DNA of 63,960 bases, counting the filler, from Barthelona sp. PAP020 (Eukaryota): assembly GCA_040182905.1 (NCBI GenBank). It is 3 parts of 3 records of this genome, joined end to end, with 100 filler letters (N's around TTAATTAATTAA, not from the genome) between each part and the next. Parts side by side here need not be neighbours in the genome. Positions count along the whole stretch, not along the records: positions 1 to 22,455 come from JARQWU010000175.1; 2 more parts are not named here. The stretch is one strand, 5' to 3'. The notes below the pieces were generated by a model. It did no database searches and had not been told where the DNA came from. It was given only the letters and a program-made list of their open reading frames with translations. This document shows positions 1 through 9,927 of the stretch, piece after piece. Both the position numbers and the translations under genes were made by a program. The stretch's first letter is position 1; each line of letters opens with the position of its first letter.

Positions 1-605
1 GTACCGCTATTATTGAATGTTTGAACAAGTGAAAGATTGTCTGCATCAATTAATTTTGCACTACCATCACCACTTCCAGTCACAAGATATTTGCCATCTG
101 CTGAAATTCTTATTCTCCAAATCCAACCATTGTGATGTTTTTCTTCCAAAACAACATTACCACTATTTATGTCCCACTTTTTAACCTTAAATTCGTTATC
201 CCCAGAATATAAATAATTTGAACAATTGGAAAAACAAACTCCATATGTGCTGGTACTATTGGTCAACCTTTTAAAAACAGAGAAATCTGAAACATTGTAA
301 ATGACAATAGAAGAATCACTAGCGCACGTTGCAAACTTTTCTCCATCTGGTGAAAATGCAACATCATAGACAGAAGATTGATCTGTTAAAGTACACTTCA
401 CTTCTTGAGTTTCTGAATCCAATACCACAGTTTTACTGTTATCAGTACAAACAACGAAAAATTTCCCATCAAGTGAATATCCACATGCATACATATACCC
501 AGCAAGTCTGTCTCCAATTTCTTTCACAGAATTTTCGTCTATGGTCAAAGAAAACATATCACGAATAGTTTTTCCTATTGATTCGACACTAAGGTCATCA
601 GACAT
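1..605 (-). CDS. WD40-repeat protein, runs off the window at its 3' end; paralogue of 23482-24687
   Basis: Not in the ORF track. Manual translation from ATG at 605 gives MSDDLSVESIGKTIRDMFSLTIDEN...SVYDVAFSPDGEKFATCASDSSIVIY...CFSNCSNYLYSGDNEFKVKKWDI...HNGWIWRIRISADGKYLVTGSGDGSAKLID. The frame is open to the window edge and shows typical WD repeats. Confidence 0.9.
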   Translation of the reverse strand, partial: MSDDLSVESIGKTIRDMFSLTIDENSVKEIGDRLAGYMYACGYSLDGKFFVVCTDNSKTVVLDSETQEVKCTLTDQSSVYDVAFSPDGEKFATCASDSSIVIYNVSDFSVFKRLTNSTSTYGVCFSNCSNYLYSGDNEFKVKKWDINSGNVVLEEKHHNGWIWRIRISADGKYLVTGSGDGSAKLIDADNLSLVQTFNNSG

Positions 606-1029
606 TTGGATTGATAAAAAAAAAAAATGTGTTTAAAATCTTGTCCTTTTCCCAATTGAATTCATTGTTCTTTATTGCTGAGAAATTTAATCAATTGTGA
701 TAAATATCGAAAAATATGGAAGATTTATACTGTGCATTACTGATGTGGGAATTGAAACCAGTTGGTAGTCACCAAACAAAATAATTATTGTGAAACTAAA
801 AAAACAAAAAATCAAACTTATTCTTTCAAAAGTAATATCAACAAACAGTGAGTACTTTAAAAACAGAATGATAAATCCAAAAAAGAAGAAAAAAATTCAA
901 CTTGTGAAGCGAGGAGGTTTTTTCTTGCAGAAAACCAACTTTTCAACTCCTAAAAGAATTAACCTTTGGTTGATTCCGATTGGTGGTCAAGTCTAATTTA
1001 TGGAAAAATCTAAAATCTTAACTACTTTA

Positions 1030-1195
1030 TTCTGAAGCCACACAGCCATACTCTTTTAGTACCCTAAGGAACTGGTGCTGAGACGTCAGTGCTCCCAGGC
1101 GTTCGCTAAATAAGAAGCTAGGCAGTCAAATTTCTGGGTAACTGCCGTTCTCTTTTTTTTTATTAATTTTGAGAGCCGTGGAGGTTCCCTTACAT
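1030..1195. other. Candidate structured non-coding element (possible ncRNA)
   Basis: GC-richer island in AT-rich intergenic DNA. Stems at 1072-1098, 1121-1146 and 1147-1176, and a T-run at 1153-1161. No family recognised. Confidence 0.3.
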
Positions 1196-2041
1196 CTAGT
1201 CGTTTCTTTCATGGGTTGATTCTTTTCTCCAAAATCATAGAGTTGTAAAGTTCGTGTTTTATTATTGCAAGAAAAAAAATGTGCAGTTGCTTTCAAAATG
1301 AATTGGTCATCTTCATTTTGAATATCTTCATCAGCAACAAAAAAGCCTCCAAATATTGTTCTTCAAGGAATTAAATTAATGAAAAGCAAAAATTCACAGC
1401 ACAACCAAGCAAAAGCATTAAATCTGCTTGCTCAACTCAAAAAAACAATAAAGGTCAAAATATTCGGTATTTTTTTTTTAAAAGTTCTTAATCACTTGTT
1501 ACAATCATCAAAGAATCAAAATCGTTGATTAAAATCCAAAATGCAAACTTTCAATGTGAAAACTAAAAATATATACATATATACATAAAAATTTATGAAA
1601 AAATTACATTGTAAAATGCCCCAATATCTCAAAAATTGAAATTGAAAACCAAAATTCAATCAAAAAAGGAAATAAAAATTTAAAACAAAATTAAACCATC
1701 AAATTTTTCATTCCAATCAAATTAAACAAGAGGAATTGAATTAAACCTTCATTTTTTTGTTAAAATTAACTGTTTGAAAAGACCAAAAAAAGAACTCCAA
1801 CAAAAAAAAATCTTCATGAAGAAACAAAACATTATTTCGAGGATTTGGGGGTTTTTATTGGAGATGACGCTTCATCTGGAATATTTCTACAAGAATTACT
1901 AATTGGTTTCCCAACAACCGTTAATGAATGATAAAAGCTTATATTTTTTGTTTTCCCACCTTTAAACGGAGATTTAGTCATATGCTCTTGATGACACATT
2001 TTTTGAAGGAATAAAAAAAAATTGATTTGACAATTAATTTA

Positions 2042-3244
2042 TTATTGTGTAACTTCATTTTCAACACAAGGAACTGTGTCATCAATTTCACCTTCGGATT
2101 GTTCTTTCATTTCATTTTCAACCTTTGAATTTTGTTCAGTTTGAGATTCTTCAGGTGCATTTGCTTTGGGCTTATCTTTTTTGTCATCATTTTGTCCCTG
2201 TTTTTTAACATTCATTACGCTTTCACCCAACATAATGTTCATCATTTCATCAAACAATTGACCAATTGTCATGAAAGTGACTTTTGAGTCACTATTTGAC
2301 GATTGATTCTCAGACTCAGATCCAGATGTCTCCTGTTTGTTCACCTTAACCTCATCTTTTTGTTCAGAATCAATTTCTTGACGACTATTCCTTTTTGGTT
2401 CAACATCAAATTCATATCGATATGTTACAACTGGTTCTTGATAAACTGGTTGTCTGTAATTGAAAAAAGAATATGGACTACCAAAAGGAAATCCAAAAGT
2501 GGATTGAATTGGCTCAAACATATTTGAATAGCTCATCAAAGAAAATGGATCACAGGCAGGGGATAATGAAAAACCAAAAGAGTCTGAAAAAAATGAAGAT
2601 CTTCCATAAATAGGACGACGAATAACATAACTACGTGTTCTTCGAGGAGTAGAAGAATGTTTATGTCTGAATAAATTCTTTCCAAATATCACCTTTTCGA
2701 ATACTCTAATGTTCTCTCCAAATTTAGAAATAAAAAATGAGATAAGATCAGCGGCAGTTGATTTCATTGTGTCATTGAATATCTTTTGCTTTTTCTCATA
2801 ATGATCTTCCAAAAACATCATTGTTTTGGAACGAATCTCTTCCAAATAATCACTTGATTCAATAACCTTTGAGGGAATTTTGATCAAATCAACCTTGTCA
2901 ACAAAAAACTTCAACAAACGTCCAACGATTGGATGATTCTCAAAGTCATCCAACATTTCACAGATAATAGCCACATTTTCATCATTAATCTCATAACCGA
3001 GGTCAGATAATTTTTTAAAGATCACATCATACACACCAGTTGAAGTGTTTGTTGTCTTCACATCAGAGAGAGTTGGTTGTGAAGGAACAGATTCAGTTTT
3101 GGCATCTGTTTCAACCTTATTTTCATCACCAATATCACTTTTAATACTGGTTAACAATTGTTGAACTTCATTAAGACGTTCATTAGACATTTTCACGTTT
3201 TGATTTTGATAGAGATTTTCAAGTCTCACTAAGATATCTTCCAT
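2042..3244 (-). CDS. Hypothetical protein, 400 aa
   Basis: Long ATG-initiated ORF. Helical N-terminal half, an F/S/P/Y-rich central segment and an acidic low-complexity tail. No recognised domain. Confidence 0.75.
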   Translation of the reverse strand: MEDILVRLENLYQNQNVKMSNERLNEVQQLLTSIKSDIGDENKVETDAKTESVPSQPTLSDVKTTNTSTGVYDVIFKKLSDLGYEINDENVAIICEMLDDFENHPIVGRLLKFFVDKVDLIKIPSKVIESSDYLEEIRSKTMMFLEDHYEKKQKIFNDTMKSTAADLISFFISKFGENIRVFEKVIFGKNLFRHKHSSTPRRTRSYVIRRPIYGRSSFFSDSFGFSLSPACDPFSLMSYSNMFEPIQSTFGFPFGSPYSFFNYRQPVYQEPVVTYRYEFDVEPKRNSRQEIDSEQKDEVKVNKQETSGSESENQSSNSDSKVTFMTIGQLFDEMMNIMLGESVMNVKKQGQNDDKKDKPKANAPEESQTEQNSKVENEMKEQSEGEIDDTVPCVENEVTQ

Positions 3245-3918
3245 TTAAAAATAAAAAATAAAGATAAGAACACAAGAATTTCATTCCCTACTTGAGGCTC
3301 AACTCTAGTAAATCTCAAAAAGAAAAAAAAAAAACCAAAAACAATTTAAATGGCATAATATCAATAATATATGCATATTAAACTTGTTTGGGTCCCAAAA
3401 TTAACTCTTCAAAAAAAAAACGTCCAAAAGTGAAAATATATTTTCACAACTTGAAAAGGACCTAAATATTCAACATTTCGACATAAATTATAGAGATGGG
3501 ATTTTTCTTGAAGCAATTAATTGCAAACAAAAAAACTAAAATCTCAAATCTCAAAAAGAAAAGAATCGAAAGAGAATAATTCACCATAAAAATCGCAATA
3601 AACAATGCTTTATATTGCTTTTTACTAATTTAATATGAGAATAAATGGGGTTATTTTCCAGAAAAACAAAATATTAAAAAAGAGAAGGCTTTTTTCTGCA
3701 AAATTTATTTGGGATTGGAAAAAGATCAATCCAAATGTTGAAGTACACGTTTCGGCATAAATTATGAAGTGAAAACTGAAATATTCTTCTTTTCACGTTT
3801 GCTTTTTGCCACAAACATGAAAGGAAAGAAAGAAAAAATACATAAATACTTTTACTGTTCACAAACGATTGAACACACTTTTACACTTTTGATTAAAGTT
3901 GATGTTCAGATGATGAAC

Positions 3919-6900
3919 TTATATGTTTGAGGTTGTGTCCAAGTTGGGACGTGGATTTAATTCTTCTTGAACGAAACCATTGCCTGGAGTTCCCACTGTG
4001 CTTGCCATCTCTTCCATTGGTCCTTGAGTGTAAATGAACCCTCCTTTGCTGCTCAACAGATGAATTTCAGCACGTAAACCATCAATTTCAGCTTTTTGCC
4101 TTCTGGTAAATCTTTTCAATTTTTGATATTCCTCCGTCATGGCTGCTTGATTCTTTTCGTGCTTCTTGTTCACTGCTCTTTTATTTTCATCTTCCAAATA
4201 TTCTTCCAAAGCATTCTTTTGTTCATTCAAACTCTTATACTCCTTCAAAAGCTCAGTGTTTTCACTGACAATATCTGACAAACCTTGCTTCTTGTCTCCC
4301 AACTTCTCTTTCCACTCTTCAATTTCTTTTCTTCTTCTGTTGTCAGCAAACATCAATCTTGTTTCTAATTCAGCCACTTCAGAATTACTGGCAGCTTTTT
4401 CCAATGTCTCCAAATCAATAAGACGGCCGAACTGCAACATTTGTAATTCTTCACATTTCTTCTGTGCTTCCTCCTTTTCCTTCTTCTTTTCACTGATGTC
4501 CGCTTTCAACTTGTACTTCTCTTGTTTCAATTGTTCGCCCTCTGAACCATATACTTTTGATCTTTCCAAATGTTCTTCACGTCTCTTCAGTAAATTGGTT
4601 AAATCAGTTTTATATGCAACAAGAAGCTTGAGAGGCTCATCAACAAGTTCCACAGACTCAACACTGTCCAAATTACCCTTCAAATACTCAAACAAATTGT
4701 ATGTTTCATTGTTGAAAATGTTGTAAATTTTTTGAGTGTAATCTTGAGGCGTATTGTGTAGCTCATCAACTTCAGAATCTTCATCCGATGAAGAGTTCAT
4801 TCTTGTATTTCTTTTGGCTTGGGTATTTCTCAATCCAAAAGACAAATCCTTCTTTTCCTCAACAAGCAATTTGCCAACATCATTAATGTAGCTGTTGGTA
4901 TAAATCTTATTTAAAGAAACATACGTCCAACTGGGAATCAAATTCAATTGCGCCAATTTTTCATGCTCAAAAGCAATAATTTCTCTCTTGATCTCACTTA
5001 ACTCCGTGCCCAACACATCCATTCTCTTTTTGGTCTTTAAACTCAACTGCTCATTGTTTTCTTTTCTTTGAATACTCTTATTTCTTTGTTCTTCATGGGC
5101 AAATCTCTTGCTTCGAGCCTCAATGACACTCTCATATAGTTCCTCAGAACAACCTTCGGGACACATGTCCTCGACAAAATCATCTTCATCAAAATCGAAA
5201 TCGAAGGTGTCCTCAAAATTATCAAACTGATCATCCATCACATTTTTATATGTTTTAAGGAATATCTTTTGCAGAATACCAAAATATTGATTCTTTTCAC
5301 TGACTATCGTTTTAAACTCCTCATTTACCCTGTTGATATCTTCATCATTCTTTTTTATGTGTTGTTCTTCAATTTTAATCAATTGATCATACTTGACCAA
5401 ATCTTTTTCACACTGTTTCTTCAATTTGTGTTTTGATTTCAACTTCTCTTCCAATATCTGACCCTTCTGATCATAATTTTGCAATAACGAAAATTCCTGT
5501 AATTTCAGCAAATAAAACATGTTGATGGTTGTCACTAACTTTTGAATTTTGAACTTTTCAACTTTGACCAGCTGCAATTCTTCATCAAAACTCTTCTGAA
5601 TTTTAGTCAGATGATTCTCCAATTCCTTAATGTAGCTGTCAACATTATTCTCAATGCTGTTGTTAATAAATGTTTGAAGTGGTGTTTTAACCAACTGACT
5701 GATATTTTCCTGTCTTCGGATGTCTATTATTGAGTTTGATTTTAACATGGTAACGGAAGCTGATGTTGTGAGCAAATTAGACTCAAACTCTCTTGCAGGC
5801 GCTATGTTATCATATTTTCTGGGGGCTCCAATAAATCTTGTGAGGAAATGCTCAAATCTGGGCTCAAATAACTCAGCTTTTAGTTTATTAATTCTCAATT
5901 CATCTTCATCTAATTCATCACCCTCTTGACCTTTGACTTTCTTTAAACCTCCAAAACCACTTGCCTGGGCCTCTCTCTCTTTCTTCAATTTGAAAGCGGT
6001 CTCCAATTTTTGTAATGACTCAAAATTCTCCAAATCATCCTCTGAAATCTCGAAAAAAACTTCAAAAAGTTCAAAGGGCTTCATTTTTGGAACAGGCTCA
6101 AAACTCTTTGCAACGTATTTATTCTGTGAAAACTTCAGAATTCGTGTGTAACATTTATGTGTCAGTTTCAATATTGACAACTTTTTCATCCTCAATTTGT
6201 TCAAACGAATGTTGAAATCATTCATGATTTTGTTCAAATTGCTGAAAATAATTATTATTTCATTCTTGATAGTGTTGAGGTTCAAATTTTTGGTGGATAA
6301 ATTCTCCTGATATTTTCCTTTTTCATCCAAAAAAGTCTTAGGAACATGTGCAAGAATAACACTGGGCTTTATTTTCAGCGTAAATACTTTTTGATCCTGC
6401 AACAGTTGATTCAACAAATCATACTCAATAAACTCTTCATCTGTGTTGGCTTTGGGCTTCTTTCTGTACAAATGGTTCCAATCCTCTTTTCTTTTATCTC
6501 TTCTGATTCTTCGTTGCTCCAGCTTTTCATGTTTCTGTAATGCAGATTGTGTTGTTTGAGACATTCCAACCAAAGATAGTCTGCGTCCAATCTTACTCAA
6601 TGAAGAACTTCTTCGTTGTTTTATGGAACCAGATTTCAATCCCTCCTCCAATTTAATCTTTTCAACAATATCAACTTCATGTTTGATATCTTGTTTGTAT
6701 TGTTCATATCTCAATTCACGTTTAATGCTCTCAAGGTCTTTTTTTAATTGTTCGGGCAATTTCTCGATCTTGAAAGAAGAAACTTCCAGGTATTCATCAA
6801 CAATACCGCTAATTCCAAAAGGAATTTCCTGCAAATTGCCAACCAGGTAATTGTCAATCTTTTCCAATAAAAGTCTTGACTTTTCGGTGGGGAAGGCCTC

Positions 6901-9570
6901 CAAGTCTTTAATTGCATTTAAATTCCTTTTGAACTTGCTTCTCAGTTGATCTATGAGGTACTTATCAATGAAGAAATGATTCTTGTCAATTTGCTGATTT
7001 TCGTCTAACTTTGAATTGTAATCTCGTAGATTAAAATATTCTTGACGCAAAACATTGATTTTGTCACGAAATTGCGACTTCTTTTGATTGAGGAAATACT
7101 GATGGTCCGTCAACAACATGTGTTGCAATTCGGCTTCAATAGTTCGATCATTCATTGAAATCTCCTTGTCTGTTGGCTTCAAAATCAAACCGTCCAACGA
7201 CTGTAAATCAGAACTTGACTCAAATAGATTCTTGTACTTTATCAAACAATCACCACTGATACCCAATAAAAACTCACCACTTACGCACAATTTTACAGGC
7301 AAATCTCCAATATAATGTAATGGATTGTTACGTACCCATTCATGCATAGCAGGTGGCTTGGTAACATCTTCAATGACAAAAGATCCATCTTCCATTCCAA
7401 CCAAAAGCAAATTCTTGACATTGTACAGTTGATTGACCATAACTGTACTGCGGACAGGCATTACATCACCCCCACCGACAATTACTTGATAAGGTCTCCA
7501 AATGTCCAAAGCAATATCATATCCTATCTCATATTTAACGATTGTACCAGTCAACGAACCAGAACCAGTAACGAATAGATCTAAAGCACCAGACTCATTC
7601 TTTACCAAACAAAAACTTGTTATTAGGGTCTCCGGTAAATATTGATCCGCTGTTTTTTCAATCCATTCAAAAACTTTTTCCTCCTCATCAAAATAGTCGA
7701 CTGACTCAAACATTGCATTGGTTGGATCTTCTTCTTCTTCTTTTTCAGTCACAACTTCAATTTGCTCTGAAATAATATGCTTGGGGAAATCGAATTTCAA
7801 AACTTCGAAAATGTCTTCCCATGAGTTTTCCCAAGTAACTTTGTACGTTGTTTCTTCCTTATTTACTTTCAAAAGCATATTTATGGATACAAGTCCCAAC
7901 GATCCCTCTGAATTCAATAATAACAAACACAATTCTCCTTGATACTTTGTGTCAATAGGAAAATTCCTGGAAACCTTGTACAATTCGGCCTGCTTTACGA
8001 TGAGACCTCCCAACTCAACAAATCCAACAGGATGAACCTCAAATGTATCAGAAATATGAATGCCCATGATAAACATGGTGTTATCTTCACCAAAACTGAT
8101 GATTATACTCTCACAACTGCAACCATCCTTGGAAACCACTGGATCCATGTAATGATCGGCTAAAAATACATGTACAAACGCAGTAACTTTACTTTGATGC
8201 GCTCTGTAACCATTCAAGCATGTTAATGGAGAATACTTGATGAACCTAACCACACCAGATTCGAAGCCTGCTATAGCTATTTTGTCAGCATCTAAATCAT
8301 CGCTGATCTTATTCAAAGCATGAATGAACACACCTTTGTCGACAGAGCCATCAAATCTTAAAAAGTCCAATTTGGCATTTGACGTCAGGGAATGAGAGAA
8401 AATTGAACCATCGCCACCAATAGATAACCCAATATTGTAACTGTAAGAGGTAGTTAAATCAACGATCCCACCGCTATGAAACTTTGTCAGGTGATTTGAC
8501 GACGCAACACACGTTTCTGCCAATTTATCCATGCTTAAACTCGACAATTGTGAAAGAATTCTCGAATTAAATGTGTAAACCATTCCTTTTGAATTTACAA
8601 AGAAATAGCCTCTCTTAATTCGCTCCATACTAACCAATGAAACACCATCTGCACTGGTATTCAGACATCTGTGTTGATTGAAATCAAACGAACACACGGG
8701 TTGAAGCTCAACTTTCTTCTTGTCGTTGTTATCGATGCTAATAACATCATCATATTTAATCCAATTCACTTTTCCATCTTCTCCAATTGTAACAATGCAC
8801 TTTCCAAAGGCATCCTCTTCGGTAATCATTATTCCGGTAATTAAGCCCCTGTGTAACGGAGAAGGCCCAGACGAAAAGACGTGCTCCACAAATTCACCAT
8901 CCCACAATATCAATGTACCATGCTCGGTTCCTGTCAAAACACGTCCATCTGATAATTTAACAAAAGCGACAATATCAGACAACTCAATTTCACCAAATTT
9001 GCCCGATCTTCCCTTCAATTTTAAACCTGTAAATGTTTTGGCCATCGCCCAAAATTTAACATGACCAGTACCACACGTAATTACACTTTTATCCTCTAAG
9101 AAGGCAACTTTTACAACTTCTTGAGCTGATGCTGCATTCCTCAACACGATTTCGCCTTCAGATTCATCATTCATTTCCTTTAAATCCCATATCGTCAATT
9201 TACAATCTGGTAATGATGCAACACTGGCCAAACCATTATTTGGACCAAAATCTATCGCAGAAAAACCTTTGTCAGCACCTCCCTTCAAGGTCTTAATTAT
9301 CTTTTTGGTTGAAATTTCTAAAACTCGAATAACGGGCTGATTTCCATTTTCACCAATCGCCAAATATTGTTTATCATCCGATAACGCTATAGCCCCAATA
9401 CCACCTGTACCAGAACCACTTATTATGTGTTGGGAACTATTGTTAAAATCTTCAAATACAACAAAATTCCCAGAAAAATATACAACCTCAGTTCCATCTT
9501 CATTTAATGGATGTATTGTCCCAAACTTGTCATGTCTTATACCAAAAACAGATACATACTCCAAAGACAT
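3919..9570 (-). CDS. CFAP44: Cilia- and flagella-associated protein 44 (WDR52): WD40 repeats plus C-terminal coiled coil
   Basis: Motifs TCGTGHVKFWAMAKTFTGLKLKGRSGKFGEIELSDI, CPEGCSEELYE, QMLQFGRLIDLETLE and terminal EIHLLSSKGG match CFAP44. The first in-frame ATG is at 9570 (MSLEYV); the true start is uncertain. Confidence 0.9.
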   Translation of the reverse strand: MSLEYVSVFGIRHDKFGTIHPLNEDGTEVVYFSGNFVVFEDFNNSSQHIISGSGTGGIGAIALSDDKQYLAIGENGNQPVIRVLEISTKKIIKTLKGGADKGFSAIDFGPNNGLASVASLPDCKLTIWDLKEMNDESEGEIVLRNAASAQEVVKVAFLEDKSVITCGTGHVKFWAMAKTFTGLKLKGRSGKFGEIELSDIVAFVKLSDGRVLTGTEHGTLILWDGEFVEHVFSSGPSPLHRGLITGIMITEEDAFGKCIVTIGEDGKVNWIKYDDVISIDNNDKKKVELQPVCSFDFNQHRCLNTSADGVSLVSMERIKRGYFFVNSKGMVYTFNSRILSQLSSLSMDKLAETCVASSNHLTKFHSGGIVDLTTSYSYNIGLSIGGDGSIFSHSLTSNAKLDFLRFDGSVDKGVFIHALNKISDDLDADKIAIAGFESGVVRFIKYSPLTCLNGYRAHQSKVTAFVHVFLADHYMDPVVSKDGCSCESIIISFGEDNTMFIMGIHISDTFEVHPVGFVELGGLIVKQAELYKVSRNFPIDTKYQGELCLLLLNSEGSLGLVSINMLLKVNKEETTYKVTWENSWEDIFEVLKFDFPKHIISEQIEVVTEKEEEEDPTNAMFESVDYFDEEEKVFEWIEKTADQYLPETLITSFCLVKNESGALDLFVTGSGSLTGTIVKYEIGYDIALDIWRPYQVIVGGGDVMPVRSTVMVNQLYNVKNLLLVGMEDGSFVIEDVTKPPAMHEWVRNNPLHYIGDLPVKLCVSGEFLLGISGDCLIKYKNLFESSSDLQSLDGLILKPTDKEISMNDRTIEAELQHMLLTDHQYFLNQKKSQFRDKINVLRQEYFNLRDYNSKLDENQQIDKNHFFIDKYLIDQLRSKFKRNLNAIKDLEAFPTEKSRLLLEKIDNYLVGNLQEIPFGISGIVDEYLEVSSFKIEKLPEQLKKDLESIKRELRYEQYKQDIKHEVDIVEKIKLEEGLKSGSIKQRRSSSLSKIGRRLSLVGMSQTTQSALQKHEKLEQRRIRRDKRKEDWNHLYRKKPKANTDEEFIEYDLLNQLLQDQKVFTLKIKPSVILAHVPKTFLDEKGKYQENLSTKNLNLNTIKNEIIIIFSNLNKIMNDFNIRLNKLRMKKLSILKLTHKCYTRILKFSQNKYVAKSFEPVPKMKPFELFEVFFEISEDDLENFESLQKLETAFKLKKEREAQASGFGGLKKVKGQEGDELDEDELRINKLKAELFEPRFEHFLTRFIGAPRKYDNIAPAREFESNLLTTSASVTMLKSNSIIDIRRQENISQLVKTPLQTFINNSIENNVDSYIKELENHLTKIQKSFDEELQLVKVEKFKIQKLVTTINMFYLLKLQEFSLLQNYDQKGQILEEKLKSKHKLKKQCEKDLVKYDQLIKIEEQHIKKNDEDINRVNEEFKTIVSEKNQYFGILQKIFLKTYKNVMDDQFDNFEDTFDFDFDEDDFVEDMCPEGCSEELYESVIEARSKRFAHEEQRNKSIQRKENNEQLSLKTKKRMDVLGTELSEIKREIIAFEHEKLAQLNLIPSWTYVSLNKIYTNSYINDVGKLLVEEKKDLSFGLRNTQAKRNTRMNSSSDEDSEVDELHNTPQDYTQKIYNIFNNETYNLFEYLKGNLDSVESVELVDEPLKLLVAYKTDLTNLLKRREEHLERSKVYGSEGEQLKQEKYKLKADISEKKKEKEEAQKKCEELQMLQFGRLIDLETLEKAASNSEVAELETRLMFADNRRRKEIEEWKEKLGDKKQGLSDIVSENTELLKEYKSLNEQKNALEEYLEDENKRAVNKKHEKNQAAMTEEYQKLKRFTRRQKAEIDGLRAEIHLLSSKGGFIYTQGPMEEMASTVGTPGNGFVQEELNPRPNLDTTSNI

Positions 9571-9927
9571 GTGAATACTCTCAAAAAATTTAATGTTGAA
9601 ATTCAAAAATGAATTTTTTTCATTTCCACTTCCATCTATTGATCTGTGTCTTGTTATTCGTTTAACGAATGTTCAAATAATATTTACTGATCATTTTGAA
9701 AATTATTGATTTCAAAACATGTTTAAATGATAAATCTTATCAATTCAACTATTTGTTTTAAATTGTTGAATCAAAAAGATATAAAAAAAATTGAAGGATG
9801 AGGAACATTTTTATAATCAGTTTTAAATATTTTTATTTTTCTAATTGACAATGTTATTTGTTGAACATTGTTGTGTTTATAAACAAAAAAGACACATGTG
9901 TAAAAAAAAAAAACCTAAAAAGCAAGA

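Noticed and set aside
1061..1130. SRP RNA (CCTAAGGA...CCCAGG...GCAGTCAAA) or telomerase RNA (CCCTAA) identity for the structured island
   Set aside because: The SRP helix-8 GNRA loop is absent, and there is only one telomeric hexamer rather than a ~1.5-repeat template.
9636..9687. Possible 52-nt GT..AG intron giving CFAP44 an upstream ATG at 9694
   Set aside because: It is frame-compatible but has no ACTAAC branch point, and nearer AGs give stops. The ATG at 9570 is sufficient. Unresolved without RNA data.
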